Positions 18,503 through 31,200 of a stretch of 64,000 bases of DNA are shown in pieces. Under the pieces are notes generated by a model. The model was not told the origin of the DNA, ran no database searches, and saw nothing but the letters and a program-made list of their open reading frames with translations. A program made the translations under genes and the position numbers. The first letter of the stretch is position 1. Every line of letters starts with the position of its first letter. Source of the stretch: an uncultured Myxococcales bacterium (GTDB lineage Bacteria; Myxococcota_A; UBA9042); assembly GCA_937910235.1 (NCBI GenBank), contig CALENB010000329.1, positions 871-64,870 of the forward strand. Reading direction: 5' to 3'.

Positions 18503-21500
18503 ATGATGTCCAATTTGCGCTGTCGTGCCGACCGGGCCCGCTGGCTCGTGATGGGCGTTGCGTTGTGCGGCGTGTTCGTCGCCTGTGATGATGATCCCAC
18601 GGACAAGGGGGTTCAAGGTGACGCGGTGACGCGGTGGCGCTCGACGTCGGCGCTGGCGACGTCGTCGTCGGCCTCGACTCAGCGGCGGCGCTCGACGTCG
18701 TCGCTGACGTGGCAGTCGCGGACGTCGCCGTCGCCGATGTGGTCGCCGCCGATGTGGTCGCCGCCGATGTCGTCGCCGACGGTGCCTCCAGCCAAGACGG
18801 CGCCCTGGCCGACGGCGCGACCGACGACGCCGCCACGGAAGACACCGGCTCTGGCGACACGGGCTTGGGAGAGGTCGTCGATCTAGACGCCAACCCGGTG
18901 GCTTGCAGCGCGAGCAGCGAGTGCCCGCTGCCCTCCGTGCCCTGTCAGCAGCGCCTCTGCCAAGCGGGCAGCTGCGTCTTTGTCGCCGCGCCTGACGCGT
19001 TGGTGTGCAACATCGGCTCCGCCTGCATCACCAAGAGCGCCTGTAGCGCCGGAAAATGCGTCACCCTCGCCGAGAAGAGCTGCGACGACGGCAGCGCGTG
19101 CACCGAGGACAACTGCAAGATCTCCACCGGCCTCTGCACCCACACGCCGACCAAAGCCGGGTTTGTGTGTGATGACGGCAACAAGTGCACCAAGACCGCC
19201 GAGTGCTTCAGCGGGGTCTGCGTGGCCCAGGGATTTTTCGCCTGTGACGACGGCAACCCCTGCACGACCGACTTCTGCGATCCCAAGACCGGCAAATGCC
19301 TCGCAAAACCGGGCTCCAAGGGCACCGCGTGCGACGACGGCAACACCTGCTCCTCCGGCGATACGTGCAGCGAGTTCGGCCTATGTGTTGGCGGCAAGAA
19401 CACGTGCAGCTGCTCGACGACCGCCGATTGTGCGCTCAAGGAAGACGGCGACGCCTGCAACGGCACGCTCTTCTGTGAACCGACGTCGGGTACGTGTCAG
19501 GTCAACCAATCGACGGTGGTGGCCTGCCCTAAGCTCGCCAGCGGCGCGTGCCAGACGACCGCCTGCAACCCGGCGACGGGCAAGTGTCAGGTCGGTGATG
19601 TCGCTAACGGCGCCTCCTGCGACGACGGCAACCCGTGCACCACCCCCGACGAATGCGACCAGGGCGACTGCAAAGGCGTGAACAACACGTGTGGTTGTTT
19701 GAGCGACGCCGAGTGCAAGGGGCAGCAGTCCGGCGACCTGTGCGCGGGGCAGCTATTTTGCGACAAAAGCGCGGCGCCGTTCACCTGCAAGGTCAACCCG
19801 ACGACCGTCGTGGTCTGCGCCACGGCGAAGGACTCCTACTGCAGCAAGAACACCTGCGAGCCGACCACTGGGCTGTGCAAACCGGTCGCCGAGCCCAACA
19901 AAGCGCCCTGCGAAGATGGCGACACGTGCACCACCGGAGATTATTGCCTCGCCGGCAACTGCAAGGCGGGCACGGACACGTGCAAGTGTGGCGTCGACAG
20001 CGACTGCGCCACGCTCGAGGACGGCAGCCTCTGCAACGGCACGCTGTTCTGCAATATCGGCACCGGCCAGTGTGAGCTGAACCCGGCGACCGTGGTGCAG
20101 TGCCCCACGCTCAACGACACGTATTGCATCCAGACTGTGTGCGAGCCCAAGACCGGCAAGTGCCAGATGACCGCGCAACACGAGACCAAGGCTTGCGACG
20201 ACGGCAACGTCTGCTCGGAAGGGGAGATCTGTAGCAAGGGCGCCTGCACGGGCGGCACCAACGTCTGCAAATGCACCGTAGACGCCGACTGCAAAGACGA
20301 CGGCAACCTGTGTAATGGCGTCTCGTTCTGCGACAAGAAGGTCGGCCAGTGCAAACACAACCCGTCGACAGAGATCACCTGCCCGAGCGTGGACGATGAC
20401 CTCTGCTCGGTGAACACGTGCCTCGCCAAGACCGGCCAGTGCAAAGTGCTGCCGCGCAACACCGGCCTGGCGTGCGACGCGGACGGCAACGGCTGCACGA
20501 AGAACGACGTCTGCCAGGGCGGCACGTGCGTCGCCGACGTGAACACCTGCCAATGCCAGAAAGATTTGGATTGCGGCAAGTTTGAGGCCGACGACCTGTG
20601 TTCGAAGCTGTACTGCGAGCCGAAGAGCCATCAGTGCAAGCCCAACCCCAATACGCAGGTGGTGTGCCTGAAGTCGTCCGACGACCTGTGCGCGGCGAAC
20701 GTGTGCCAAAAAGCGACCGGTAAGTGCGCTATGGAGCCGAGAAATCAAGGTCAGGCGTGCGACGCGGACGGCAGCAACTGCACGGTGGGGGATGCGTGTG
20801 ACAAGGGTTCGTGCACCGCTGGCACCAACGCGTGTGGCTGCACGAAGGACGCGGACTGTAAGAGCAAGGAGGACGGCAACCCCTGCACCGGCACGCTGAT
20901 CTGCGGCAACTCAAAGAAGTGCCAGGTCAACCCGGCGACGGTGGTGCTGTGCCAAGCGGGCTCGGATACGTCGTGCATCAAGAACACGTGTGACGCCAAG
21001 ACGGGCCAATGCGCGCTGCTGCCCATCAACTACAAGTCGCCGTGCGGCAAGGGCACGTTGTGCTCTGGTGTGCCGCTATGTGATGAGAAGGGCGGCTGCA
21101 AAGGCGGCGTCGTGGTGGACTGTGACGACCACTCGCCCTGTACGGTCGACAGCTGTGATGACTACAAGGGCTGCCAGTACAAGGACGTGACGGGCGTGAG
21201 CTGCGACGACGGCAGCGTCTGCACGACCAAAGACCTCTGCGTGAAGGGCAAATGCACCGGCCAGTCGACGCCGTGTTTGGGCGGCACGCCGTGCACCCTC
21301 GACAGCTGTCATCCGCTCAAAGGCTGCCAATACGAGGCCAAGACCGGCAGCTGCGACGACGGCAACAAGTGCACCGATCAGGAGAGCTGCGTCGGCAAGT
21401 ACTGCATCGGCACGGCGATCGCCTGCAATGACGGCAACCTGTGCACGACCGACAGCTGCAGCCCCACCAATGGCTGCGTGTTCACGGCCAACAGCTTTGT

Positions 21501-24500
21501 GTGCAACGACGGCGACCTGTGCACCAAGCAGGACGGCTGCAAGAGCGGCAACTGCGTTGGGTTGCCGCTGGTGGTCACGGAGGACTGCGCCGACAGCAAC
21601 CCCTGCACCGATGAGTCCTGCAACGCCCTGAAGGGCTGCTTGTGGATCAAGACCACCAAGCTCTGTGATGACGGCGACCCTTGCTCGACGGGCGACATCT
21701 GCGCCAACGGCGTCTGCCAGAAGGGCGACGGCGCCAAATGCGACGACAAGAACGGCTGCACCGCCGACGCTTGCGACCCGAAAACTGGGGTTTGCAGCAA
21801 CCTGCCGCTTGGCAGCACCGTGACCTGTGACGACGGCGACCCCTGCACGCTGGGCGACGTCTGCGGCGGTGGCGCGTGCAAGAGCGGCAAGGTCAACACC
21901 TGCGACGACGGCGACGGTTGCACCAGCGACTCGTGTAGCCCCACCAGCGGCTGCAAACACACGTTTTCCTCCGGCGGCACATGCGATGACGGCAACAAAT
22001 GCACCAGCGATGACGGCTGCGTGCAGGGCAAATGCACGGGCACGGTGATCAAGTGCACCGGCGGCTCGGCTTGCACGGTCGACAGCTGTCACCCGCTGCT
22101 GGGCTGCGTCTACACGCCGGTCGATGAGCTCTGCGACGACGGCAACCCCTGCACTGCGAGCGATGCGTGCAAGAACGGCGTGTGCGTCGGCGTCGCGGCC
22201 ACCTGCAATGACAAGAACCCGTGCACGGACGACACCTGCGCCGCCAAGGTCGGCTGCGTCTTCACGGCCAACAGCGCGAGCTGCGATGACGACGACCTGT
22301 GCACCAAGCAGGACGGCTGCGCGGGTGGCAAATGCGTCGGTTTGGCGCTGCAGCTCACGGTGGATTGCGATGACGGCATCTTCTGCACCGACGACCTCTG
22401 CAGCAAGACCGTCGGGTGCTACCACACCAAACCGAGCAAGCCCTGCAGCGACGATGATCTGTGCTCCACCGGCGACACCTGTAAAGGCGGCGCGTGTGTG
22501 GGCGGCACCGGGAACCTGTGCGACGACGGCAACAAATGCACGCTCGACAGCTGCACCAAGGGTAAGTGCACGTTTGCTATCCCGCCGCTCTATTATCAGT
22601 GCGACGACGGCGATCCATGCACGCTGGATTCACGCTGCGAGCTGGGCGTCTGCTACACATCGACGGCCGGTAAGCCGAACCCGAAGTACAACGCGTGCCC
22701 GATCCCCAAGGGCAACAGTGGCTACAACCAAGCCGCCAACTTCAAGACGTGGTGGGCGACGTGCTGCGACGCGGACGGCAAGTGCTGCGCTAGCGCGGAC
22801 GATCGGTGCCATCAGAAGGACCTGGTGTTTGTTCAAGCGTGTAAGAACTGCGCGACGCACCTGAACGCCGTCTCGAACAAACTCAACTGCAACGACAGCA
22901 ACCCCTGCACCAACGACACCTGTGTGGCCGGCAAGGGCTGTGTGCATACACCCGTCAGCGGCGCGCCGAGCTGCTCCGACGGCAAGCCGTGCACTGAAAA
23001 AGCCGCGTGTAAGGACAGCTCCTGCCAGAAGACCGTCGACAAGGTCTGCGACGACAACAACCCGTGTACGACCGATGTCTGTATCGCCGGCAAGGGCTGC
23101 AGCGCCGCGACGCTGCCGGACGGCGTGGTCTGCGAGAAGGGCGGCGCGGCGACCTGCAGTACACAAGGGGTGTGTAAGTCGGGGACGTGTGACGGCGCCA
23201 CCGCGCGACCGTGGACCATCGCGACGCCGGGCAACCTGCGCAACTGCACAGAGATCGCCGCGATGAGTGATAATGGCTGGCTGCTCGTCGGCATGAAAGA
23301 GGTCGACGGGGTCAATCTGCCAGCGTGGATGCGGGTGCGCTACAACGGTTCTGTGCTGTGGGAGCGCACCCTCGACCACAAGGCCGAGGGGCAGCTGCTC
23401 GGCATGAGCGACGACGGCAAGGGCGCGTTTTCGGCCGTAGGGCGCACCAAAGACAACACGCTCGGCGGCAATGAGGGGCTCTTTGTGCGCTTTGGCGCCG
23501 ATCAGCAGGTCACGCATCAGGTCGTGTTCGCCGGTTTGAAAGAGGAGCTGCTGCAGGGCATCGCCACCACGAAGGACGGCGGCCATGTGCTGGTTGGGCA
23601 GACCTCGTCAAAGGGCAGCGGTGGCGACGAGGGTTGGCTGATTCGGCTCGACGCCAAAGATCAGGTGGTGTGGGAGAACGTGGTCGGCTCCGTGGTGGAT
23701 GACCAGCTCTTCGCCGTGGCGCTGCGCAGCGATGGCGGCGTCTTTGCGGCCGGAAACTCGGGCAACTACGCCGGTTGGCTGCTGCGCTACGACGCCGCCG
23801 GCAAGCTGGTCGGCGAGAAGCGGCATGGCGACAGCAAGACCAACACCTATCGCTTCGATGGCATCAAGCTGTGGTCGGATACCAGCCTCAGCACCACGGG
23901 CGACCGCCTGCGGACCTGGAACGACTCGCTCGACGCCGCCAGCGGCTTCACCATCAACAGCGCCGTCGCCGACATCGTGACGCGACCCAAGGGTGGCTAT
24001 GGGCTGCTCAATGGCGGTATCCGCATCACCGACAGCAACCTGGGCGTGACGTGGACGGCGAAGACCAACCCGGGCGGTCAGCGCCGCGTCCTCGCGCCAG
24101 ATGATGACAGCCTGATCGTCATGACCTCGGCCACCTGCGGGTTGGTTCGCACCGACGGCTTTGGCAACGTGACCTGCGGCGAGTCAGGCGAGTGTTACTT
24201 GAAGAGCTGGGCCGATTGCCAGGACACGGACGCGTGCACGAAGGCGGAGACGTGCGGCGCGGGCAAGTGCAGCAACGTCACGACCGTCTGCAACGACAAC
24301 AAGGTGTGCACGTCTGACAAATGCGACAGCGCAAGCGGCAAGTGTATCTACACGCCGACCGATGGCGCCGCCTGCAGCTCGACCGACAGCGAGTGCGCGA
24401 TCGAGGGCGAGTGTCTGGCTGGGGTTTGTTATAACGACAACGTCGTGGCGTGGACCCTGCAGTTTCTGCCCTTCTACGGGTGCTGTGGCGACAACAACAA

Positions 24501-27500
24501 CAGCAGCAACGAGTACCAAGGCACGCGGCTGATGGCCGTGGCGCCTCGCGCCGATGGCCAGCTCTTTGTTGCCGGCCCCGGGTATAACCGCAACAACACC
24601 AACTCGCTGTACGGCAAGCTGGTTCAGGGCACTGCGGGTGTGCCGGGCAAGTACAACTCCACGAGCGGGGCGCGCTACAGCTACTTCGACCGCACCGGCG
24701 ACAGCAACAGCACGTGGGCGACGGACTTCAGCGTCGTGGGTGCCGTCTCGTTCAAGAACCTCGTGAGCGCCGGTTTGTCGCGCTACAAGCTCCACAGCAG
24801 CGAGACCAAGTATGAGTGGCTCACGATGCTCCGCCTCAACAACGGCAACGGCAAGAGCCTGCGCCTCGGAGGCCACGACACCGAGCCGGTCGATATGGAG
24901 GCGACAGGCGACTACACAGCGGCGTCGCTGGCGCGACACAAGGACGCCGGCAAGTGGGCGACGGCGGTGTATTTCACCCAACACGGCGACGCCAACTCGC
25001 CGCTCGGCTGGGACTATCCGCCCAAGTTGCTGGGCACGGCGGTGCATCACATCGGCGATGACGACAAACCTGTCGGTCTCAGCCCGGTCGAGGACGGCAA
25101 GAGCGTCGTCGTCGCCGGTGATGTGCATACGAGCGCTGACAAGACTTGGCGCCACTACGCCGCGCGCATCGGCACCGACGGCAAGCTGATCTGGCAGAAG
25201 TCTTGGGATGTGGCGAGCTACTCGGCGCTCAAGGCCGTGGGCTGGAGCCAGCTCGGCGTCATCTTGACGGGGCAGAAGCGCGTCGTCATCTCCGGGACGA
25301 CGGCCTACTTCATCTGGCTGCGACGGCTCGATTCGAGCGGCAACCTGCTCTGGGATAAGTCGTTGACGCCCAGCACCTACGACAACTACGGCTGGGCGGT
25401 GGTGCCCAAGCCGAGCGGTTTCGCGGTTGGCGCGGTGATCGAGAACCAGAACGCGCTGCTGCGCTTCGACAACGCTGGCGCTATGACCGGCGACAAGCGC
25501 TTTGGGGGTTGGACGGACAAGCGGCTGGAGGACTGGAAAGCCCTGCCAGACGGCTTTGTAGCGGCCGGCTGGAAGCAGTCGGGCTCTTCCTACCAAAACA
25601 AGTGGAAGCAGAACGGCTTCATCATCCGCACCGACCCTTTCGGCAACGCGCCGTGCGACAAGGTCGGCAAGTGCATGGGCAAGAAGTTCAGCGACTGCGA
25701 CGACAACAATCCCTGCACCGGCGACAGCTGCGACGCCGCGGTGGGCTGCATTCACTTCGGCGTGAGCGAGGGCGTTGGCTGCCAAGATGGCGATCCGTGT
25801 ACGGCGGGGAGCGCCTGCGCCAACGGCAAGTGCGCGGGCGCCACGCCGTTGGCCCAGGCGGCGGCGTGTGATGACGGCGACGCCTGCACCAAGAGCTCAA
25901 AGTGCAACTGGGCCAACAAGTGTGTGGGGACGGCCGTCTGTGACGACGGCAAGCCGTGCACCGCGGACGCCTGCAAGGACGGTCAGTGCACCCATTCGGC
26001 GATCAAAGCGGGCGACGCGTGCGACGACGGCGACTACTGCACCGAGACGACGACGTGCGACGCGCAAGCGGCGTGCAGCGGCGGCAAGCAGGTCTGCAAA
26101 GAGACCGTCGTGATCGACTAGCGCTTCAAGTGCAGCGGCGACTACAGCAAGTGGTCGTTCTCCGACAATAGCGGCACCCCCGTCGCGGTGGCGTGGGCGG
26201 TCGACAAGACGCCGAGCACGCCGACGCCGAAGGCTGAGGACTGCACGCTCAACCTCAATGACGGCACGAGCTACAACGCAGCTGGCGTGACCTTTAAGTT
26301 CAACAATCAGGCGGCGCCGTGGTCGCTGCCTGCGCTCGGGCAGGTCAAGGCCAGCCTGTGGACGTGGTTCGATGGCGACACCACGGCCGAGACCACGCAC
26401 TGGCTCCGCGTGCGGATGGGCGACACCGTCGTGACGACGTGGGACCTCAAGGCGAGCCCGATCGCGGCCAAGCAGTGGGTGCAGCTAGAGGCTGATTTGA
26501 CGGGCAAATCGCTGGCCGGATCGGCCTGGCTTGAGGGGGCGTTGCGGCCCGACAGCGCCGGTAACACCGGCGCCGGATGGTTCATTGACGGGGTGAAGAT
26601 CGTGCATCGCGCACATCCGGATGGGCATCCTTGTGACTTCGACACCGACTGCAACGACGGCGACCAGTGCCGACCCGACCTGTGCATCAAGGGGCGCTGT
26701 GTCAACGACATCAAGCCTGGCCTGATCTGCGCGGACGGCAACGCGTGCACCGACAGCGACACCTGTGATGACAAGGGCGTCTGCCAGGCCGGCAAGTCCA
26801 AGGTCTGCACCGACAGCAACGCCTGCACCGACGACACGTGCGATCCCGCGACGGGCTGCATCTTCACGGCGACGACGGATGGCAAGACCTGCGACGACGG
26901 CAGCAGCTGCACCGTCGGCGAGAGCTGCCAAGGCGGGCTCTGTTTGGGCAAGGGCAAGTGCGACGATGACAACCCGTGCACGCTCAACGCCTGCGCGGCC
27001 GACGGCACGTGCTCCGCGAAGGCGTTGACCGATGGCATGTCATGCGATGGCGGTGGGACGTGCAAGCTCGGCGTGTGTGTCGAGAGCACCAAGCTGGGCT
27101 GGGCAAAACAGATCTCGGGCAACGGCCATCGGTACGCCGTCCTGCGTAACAATGGCGAGGTCTGGGGCTGGGGACTGAACAATGGTGGGCAGCTCGGCGA
27201 TGGCACCAAGACGGCGAGCAGCAAGCCCATCAAGGCCTTTGTATCCGGCGCTATCGACGTTTGTGCCGGCGAGTATCTCTCCTGCGCGCTCACGGTTGAG
27301 TCGGGTGTTCGAAACGCGCGTTGCTGGGGTTTCAACCAGTACGGCATGGGCGGCGCCGTCAACAGCGGAGTCATGGCGAGCGCTACGCTCCTGCGCGGCA
27401 TGCAGCATCTGCGCGACTTGGACACCGAGGATAGGAACACCTGCGGCGTTCGGATGGATGGCACGGTGTGGTGCGTGGGCCGAGGGTACTACGGTGTGCT

Positions 27501-28179
27501 CAATGGCGTGGCGAATACCCCGGACTCGTACCTCGCCGTCCAGGTTCCCGGGATCGCAGAGGCGGTGCAGGTCGCGGTGAGCAGTGACTCGGCGTGTGCG
27601 CTCAAAATCGACGGGACTGTCTGGTGTTGGGGTAGAAACAGCTACGCCGGCATGGGTACGGGCATCGCGGATAGCGATGTTCATAAGCCGTCCCAAGTGG
27701 CGACGCTCAGCGGCGTGCGACAACTCGCAGGCGGCAAGCTCGCGTACTGTGCGGTCAAGTTCGACGGGACGGCTTGGTGTTGGGGCACCGGTAGGTACGG
27801 CAGCCTCGGCGATGGCAACACGTCCGGCGGATCGAGCTACAGCGGACCGGCGCCCGTGAAGGATCTCACCGCTGCAGTTGAGGTCAGCATTAGCCTCTTC
27901 GTCGCTTGCGCCCGGCGCTCAAGCGGCGCCGTGTCGTGTTGGGGTTCCGGTGGCAATGGCAGCATCGGCAACGGCGAGAACACGACGCAGGGCACGGCTG
28001 GGACGACGGTCAAGGGTGTGACCGACGCGGTGGCTGTGCATGTCGACGAATACTCGGCCTGCGCGGTGACAGCCGACGGCTCTACGTGGTGCTGGGGCGC
28101 CGCCTTGCACGGCCAGCTCGGTGATGGCCAGACCACCACCAACAGCAATGAGCCTGTGCTCGTGACGGGGTCGAAGTGA
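18503..28179 (+). pseudogene. Giant (~3200 codons if repaired) Cys-rich repeat lipoprotein with two propellers, a jelly-roll domain and a C-terminal RCC1 domain; disrupted by an 8-bp duplication (18617-18632) and an in-frame TAG (26119-26121)
   Basis: The signal/lipobox (VFVAC-DDDPTDKG) is in the frame of ORF 18431. The body is in ORF 18634-26121 and the tail is in the same frame (ORF 26188-28179). The whole is colinear with the intact paralogue at 28242. RCC1 motifs WGLNNGGQLGDG and CWGRNSY. Confidence 0.85.
18617..18640 (+). repeat. 8-bp tandem repeat GGTGACGC-GGTGACGC-GGTGGCGC causing a frameshift
   Basis: Removing one unit fuses the frames and gives ...VQGDAVALDVG... Confidence 0.85.
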
Positions 28180-28241
28180 TGCGGCGCCAACCGCAGCGCC
28201 CGCGACACAGGAGGGTGGGGGGCCGCCTCGCAGGGAGGTGG

Positions 28242-31200
28242 ATGGCCCGTTTCGCGCTGTGCGGGATCGTCGCTTTGGGGCTGGTTTTGTCGGCGTGCAG
28301 CGAAGATCCGACCGACAAGGGCGCCTCGGCCGCCGCCGTGCACAAGGACGCGCTGGTCGCCGATGGGAGCGTCCTCGGCGACGGCGCCGCGCTCGTGGAC
28401 GGCGCGGTGACCGATGCGCTTGGTCACGACAGCGCGACGACCGACAGCGCGACGACCGACAGCGCGCTCGTGGATGTCGGCGAGAACGACAGCGGCCCGG
28501 CCGACGTGGTCGTGGACGTGCAGTTGACCGACGCGTCCGACAGCGCCGAGGACGCCCTGGCTGACGCGGATGATGCGGCCCCCGGCGACGCGCCCGACAG
28601 CGCGAGCGCCGATGCGGCGGTGGATGTGGCCGCCGACGTGGCGCAGCTCGCCTGCAAGACACACACCGATTGCCCCGAATCGACGGGGCTCTGCGTGACG
28701 ATGGCTTGCGTGAGCCAGCTCTGCACCGTCGTGCCCGTGGATGAGGGCTTGAGCTGTAAGCCCGGCACCGCGTGCGTCACCGCCGCCGCCTGCCTGAGCG
28801 GTAAATGCGTCACCCAAGCCGTGAAGGACTGCGGCGACGGCAACAGCTGCACGGCCGACAGCTGCACGACCGCCACGGGCACCTGCGCCACCGTCGCCAC
28901 CAAGGACGATTTCGCCTGCGACGACGGGACGCTCTGCACCAAGACGGCGACCTGCTTTCAGGGCGTGTGTATCGGCAAAGGCCAGCTCGACTGCGACGAC
29001 AGCGACCCCTGTACGCTGGACGCCTGCGACCCCAAGACCGGCATCTGCCTGCATCCGCCGCTGAAGACCGGCGCGCCGTGTGACGACGGCAACAGCTGCT
29101 CAAAGGGCGAGACCTGCGACGCCAAGGGCCAGTGCGGCGGCGGCAACAACACCTGCAAATGCTCCACAAGCGCGGACTGCAAGGCCCTCGAAGACGGCGA
29201 CCTGTGCAACGGCATCTTGTACTGCGACCCCAAGAGCGGCACGTGTTTGGTGAACCCGGCGAGCGTGGTGGTGTGTGACGACGTCGCGACGGGGCCGTGC
29301 CAAGCCAACCTCTGCGCGCCCGCGACCGGCAAGTGCGCCGTGGCTAACAAGCCTGGCGGAGCGGCGTGTGACGACGGCAACCCGTGCACGACGCCAGACG
29401 AGTGCCACAAAGGGTTGTGCGAGGGCCTCTCGAACACCTGCCAGTGCGTCTCGGATTTCGACTGCAAGTCGTCCCAGACGAGTGACCTGTGCGCGGGCCA
29501 GCTGGTGTGCGCCAAGAGCCAGAGCCCCGCGGTCTGCGTGGTGAACTACAGCAGCAAGGTGACGTGCAAAGACGACGGCGACACGGCGTGCAGCAAGAAC
29601 ACCTGCGACCCCCAAAACGGGGCCTGCAAGCTGGTGGCGCAACCAAACGGCAGCAAGTGCAGCGATGGCGAGGTGTGCACGGTGGCCGACGCCTGTTTGG
29701 CGGGTAAATGCAAACCGGGCAGCGACACGTGCGCCTGCACGCAGGACAGCGACTGCGCCAAGCTCGAGGACGGCAACCAGTGCAACGGCGCGTTGTTCTG
29801 CAACCTGGGCAGCGGTAAGTGCGACGTCGACTTGGCGTCGGTGGTGACCTGCCCGACCGACAAAGACACGGTCTGCGCCGCGGCGGCGTGCCAATCGGCG
29901 ACGGGCAAATGCGAGCTGCTGCCCCGCAACGACGGCGCGAAGTGCGATGACGACAACAGCTGCACGACCGATGACGCCTGCGTGGCCGGCAAATGTCTGG
30001 CCAAGACCAACACCTGCGCCTGCACAGCGGACGCGGACTGCGCCAAGCTTGAAGACGGCGACGCTTGCAACGGCCTGCTCTACTGCAACCTCGCGAGCAA
30101 AGAGTGCCAGCTCAACCCGACCACCTTGGTGACCTGCCCGACCGTCGACGACGGCTTCTGCCAGGTCAGCACCTGCATCACCAAGACCGGCAAGTGCCAG
30201 CTCATCCCGCGCAACGACGGCAAGACGTGTGACGCCGACGGCAGCGCGTGCACGACGCCGGACGTCTGCAACGGCGGCGCCTGCCAAGCTGGACCGAACA
30301 CGTGCCAGTGCCAGAGCGACAAGGACTGCGGCAAGTTTGAGGCGGACGACCTGTGCAGCGCGCTGTACTGCGATCTGCTGCTCAACCAGTGCAAACCCGA
30401 TCCGACGACGGCGGTGTATTGCGCCAAGGTCAACGACACGGCTTGTGCGACCAACACGTGTGACATCAAGACCGGCAAGTGCGCTGTCGTGCCGAGAAAT
30501 CAGGGTTTGGCGTGTGACGCGGACGGCACCAACTGCACCAAGGGTGACGCCTGCGACGCCGGCAAGTGCGGCGCTGGGTTGAACGTCTGCCAGTGCCAGG
30601 TCGACAAGGACTGCGCCGCGCTGGAAGACGGTGACCCCTGCAACGGCACGCTGGTGTGCAGCCAGGCCAAGACGTGCGTGGTCGACCCGAGCACCGTGGT
30701 GACGTGTCAGAACGCCGGCGACGACAATCCGTCGGGGGAGGCGGTCTGCAAGCGCAATCAGTGTGATGCGAAGACCGGAAAATGCGCCGTGTCGCCAGCG
30801 AACCCGAACACGATCTGCGGCAAAGGTACGCTGTGTTTTGAGGCCCCAGCCTGTGACGCCAGCGGCGGCTGCAAGCAAGGCAAGGCGATCCCTTGCGACG
30901 ACGGCAGCACCTGCACGACCCAGGACCTCTGCGTCAAGGGCGTGTGCACCGGACAAACCAAGGTCTGCGATGGCGGGACGCCGTGCACCAACGCGAGCTG
31001 TCATCCGCTAAAAGGCTGCGAATACGAGGCGCGTAAGGGCAGCTGCAGCGATGGCGACAAGTGCTCCGTGTCTGGCGAGTGCGTCGGCCTGCAGTGCGTG
31101 GGGGTGCCGTTGGTGTGTGGCGACAACAACCCGTGCACGACCGATGGGTGCGTGAAGGGAAAGGGCTGCGTCTTCACGAATAACACGGCGACCTGTAACG

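Noticed and set aside
8487-26121. Genome-wide TAG reassignment (code 15) or pyrrolysine
   Set aside because: TAG ends many genes at their expected family C-termini (cls, SDR, uvrA, kinase, EEP), and no pyl genes are in the window.
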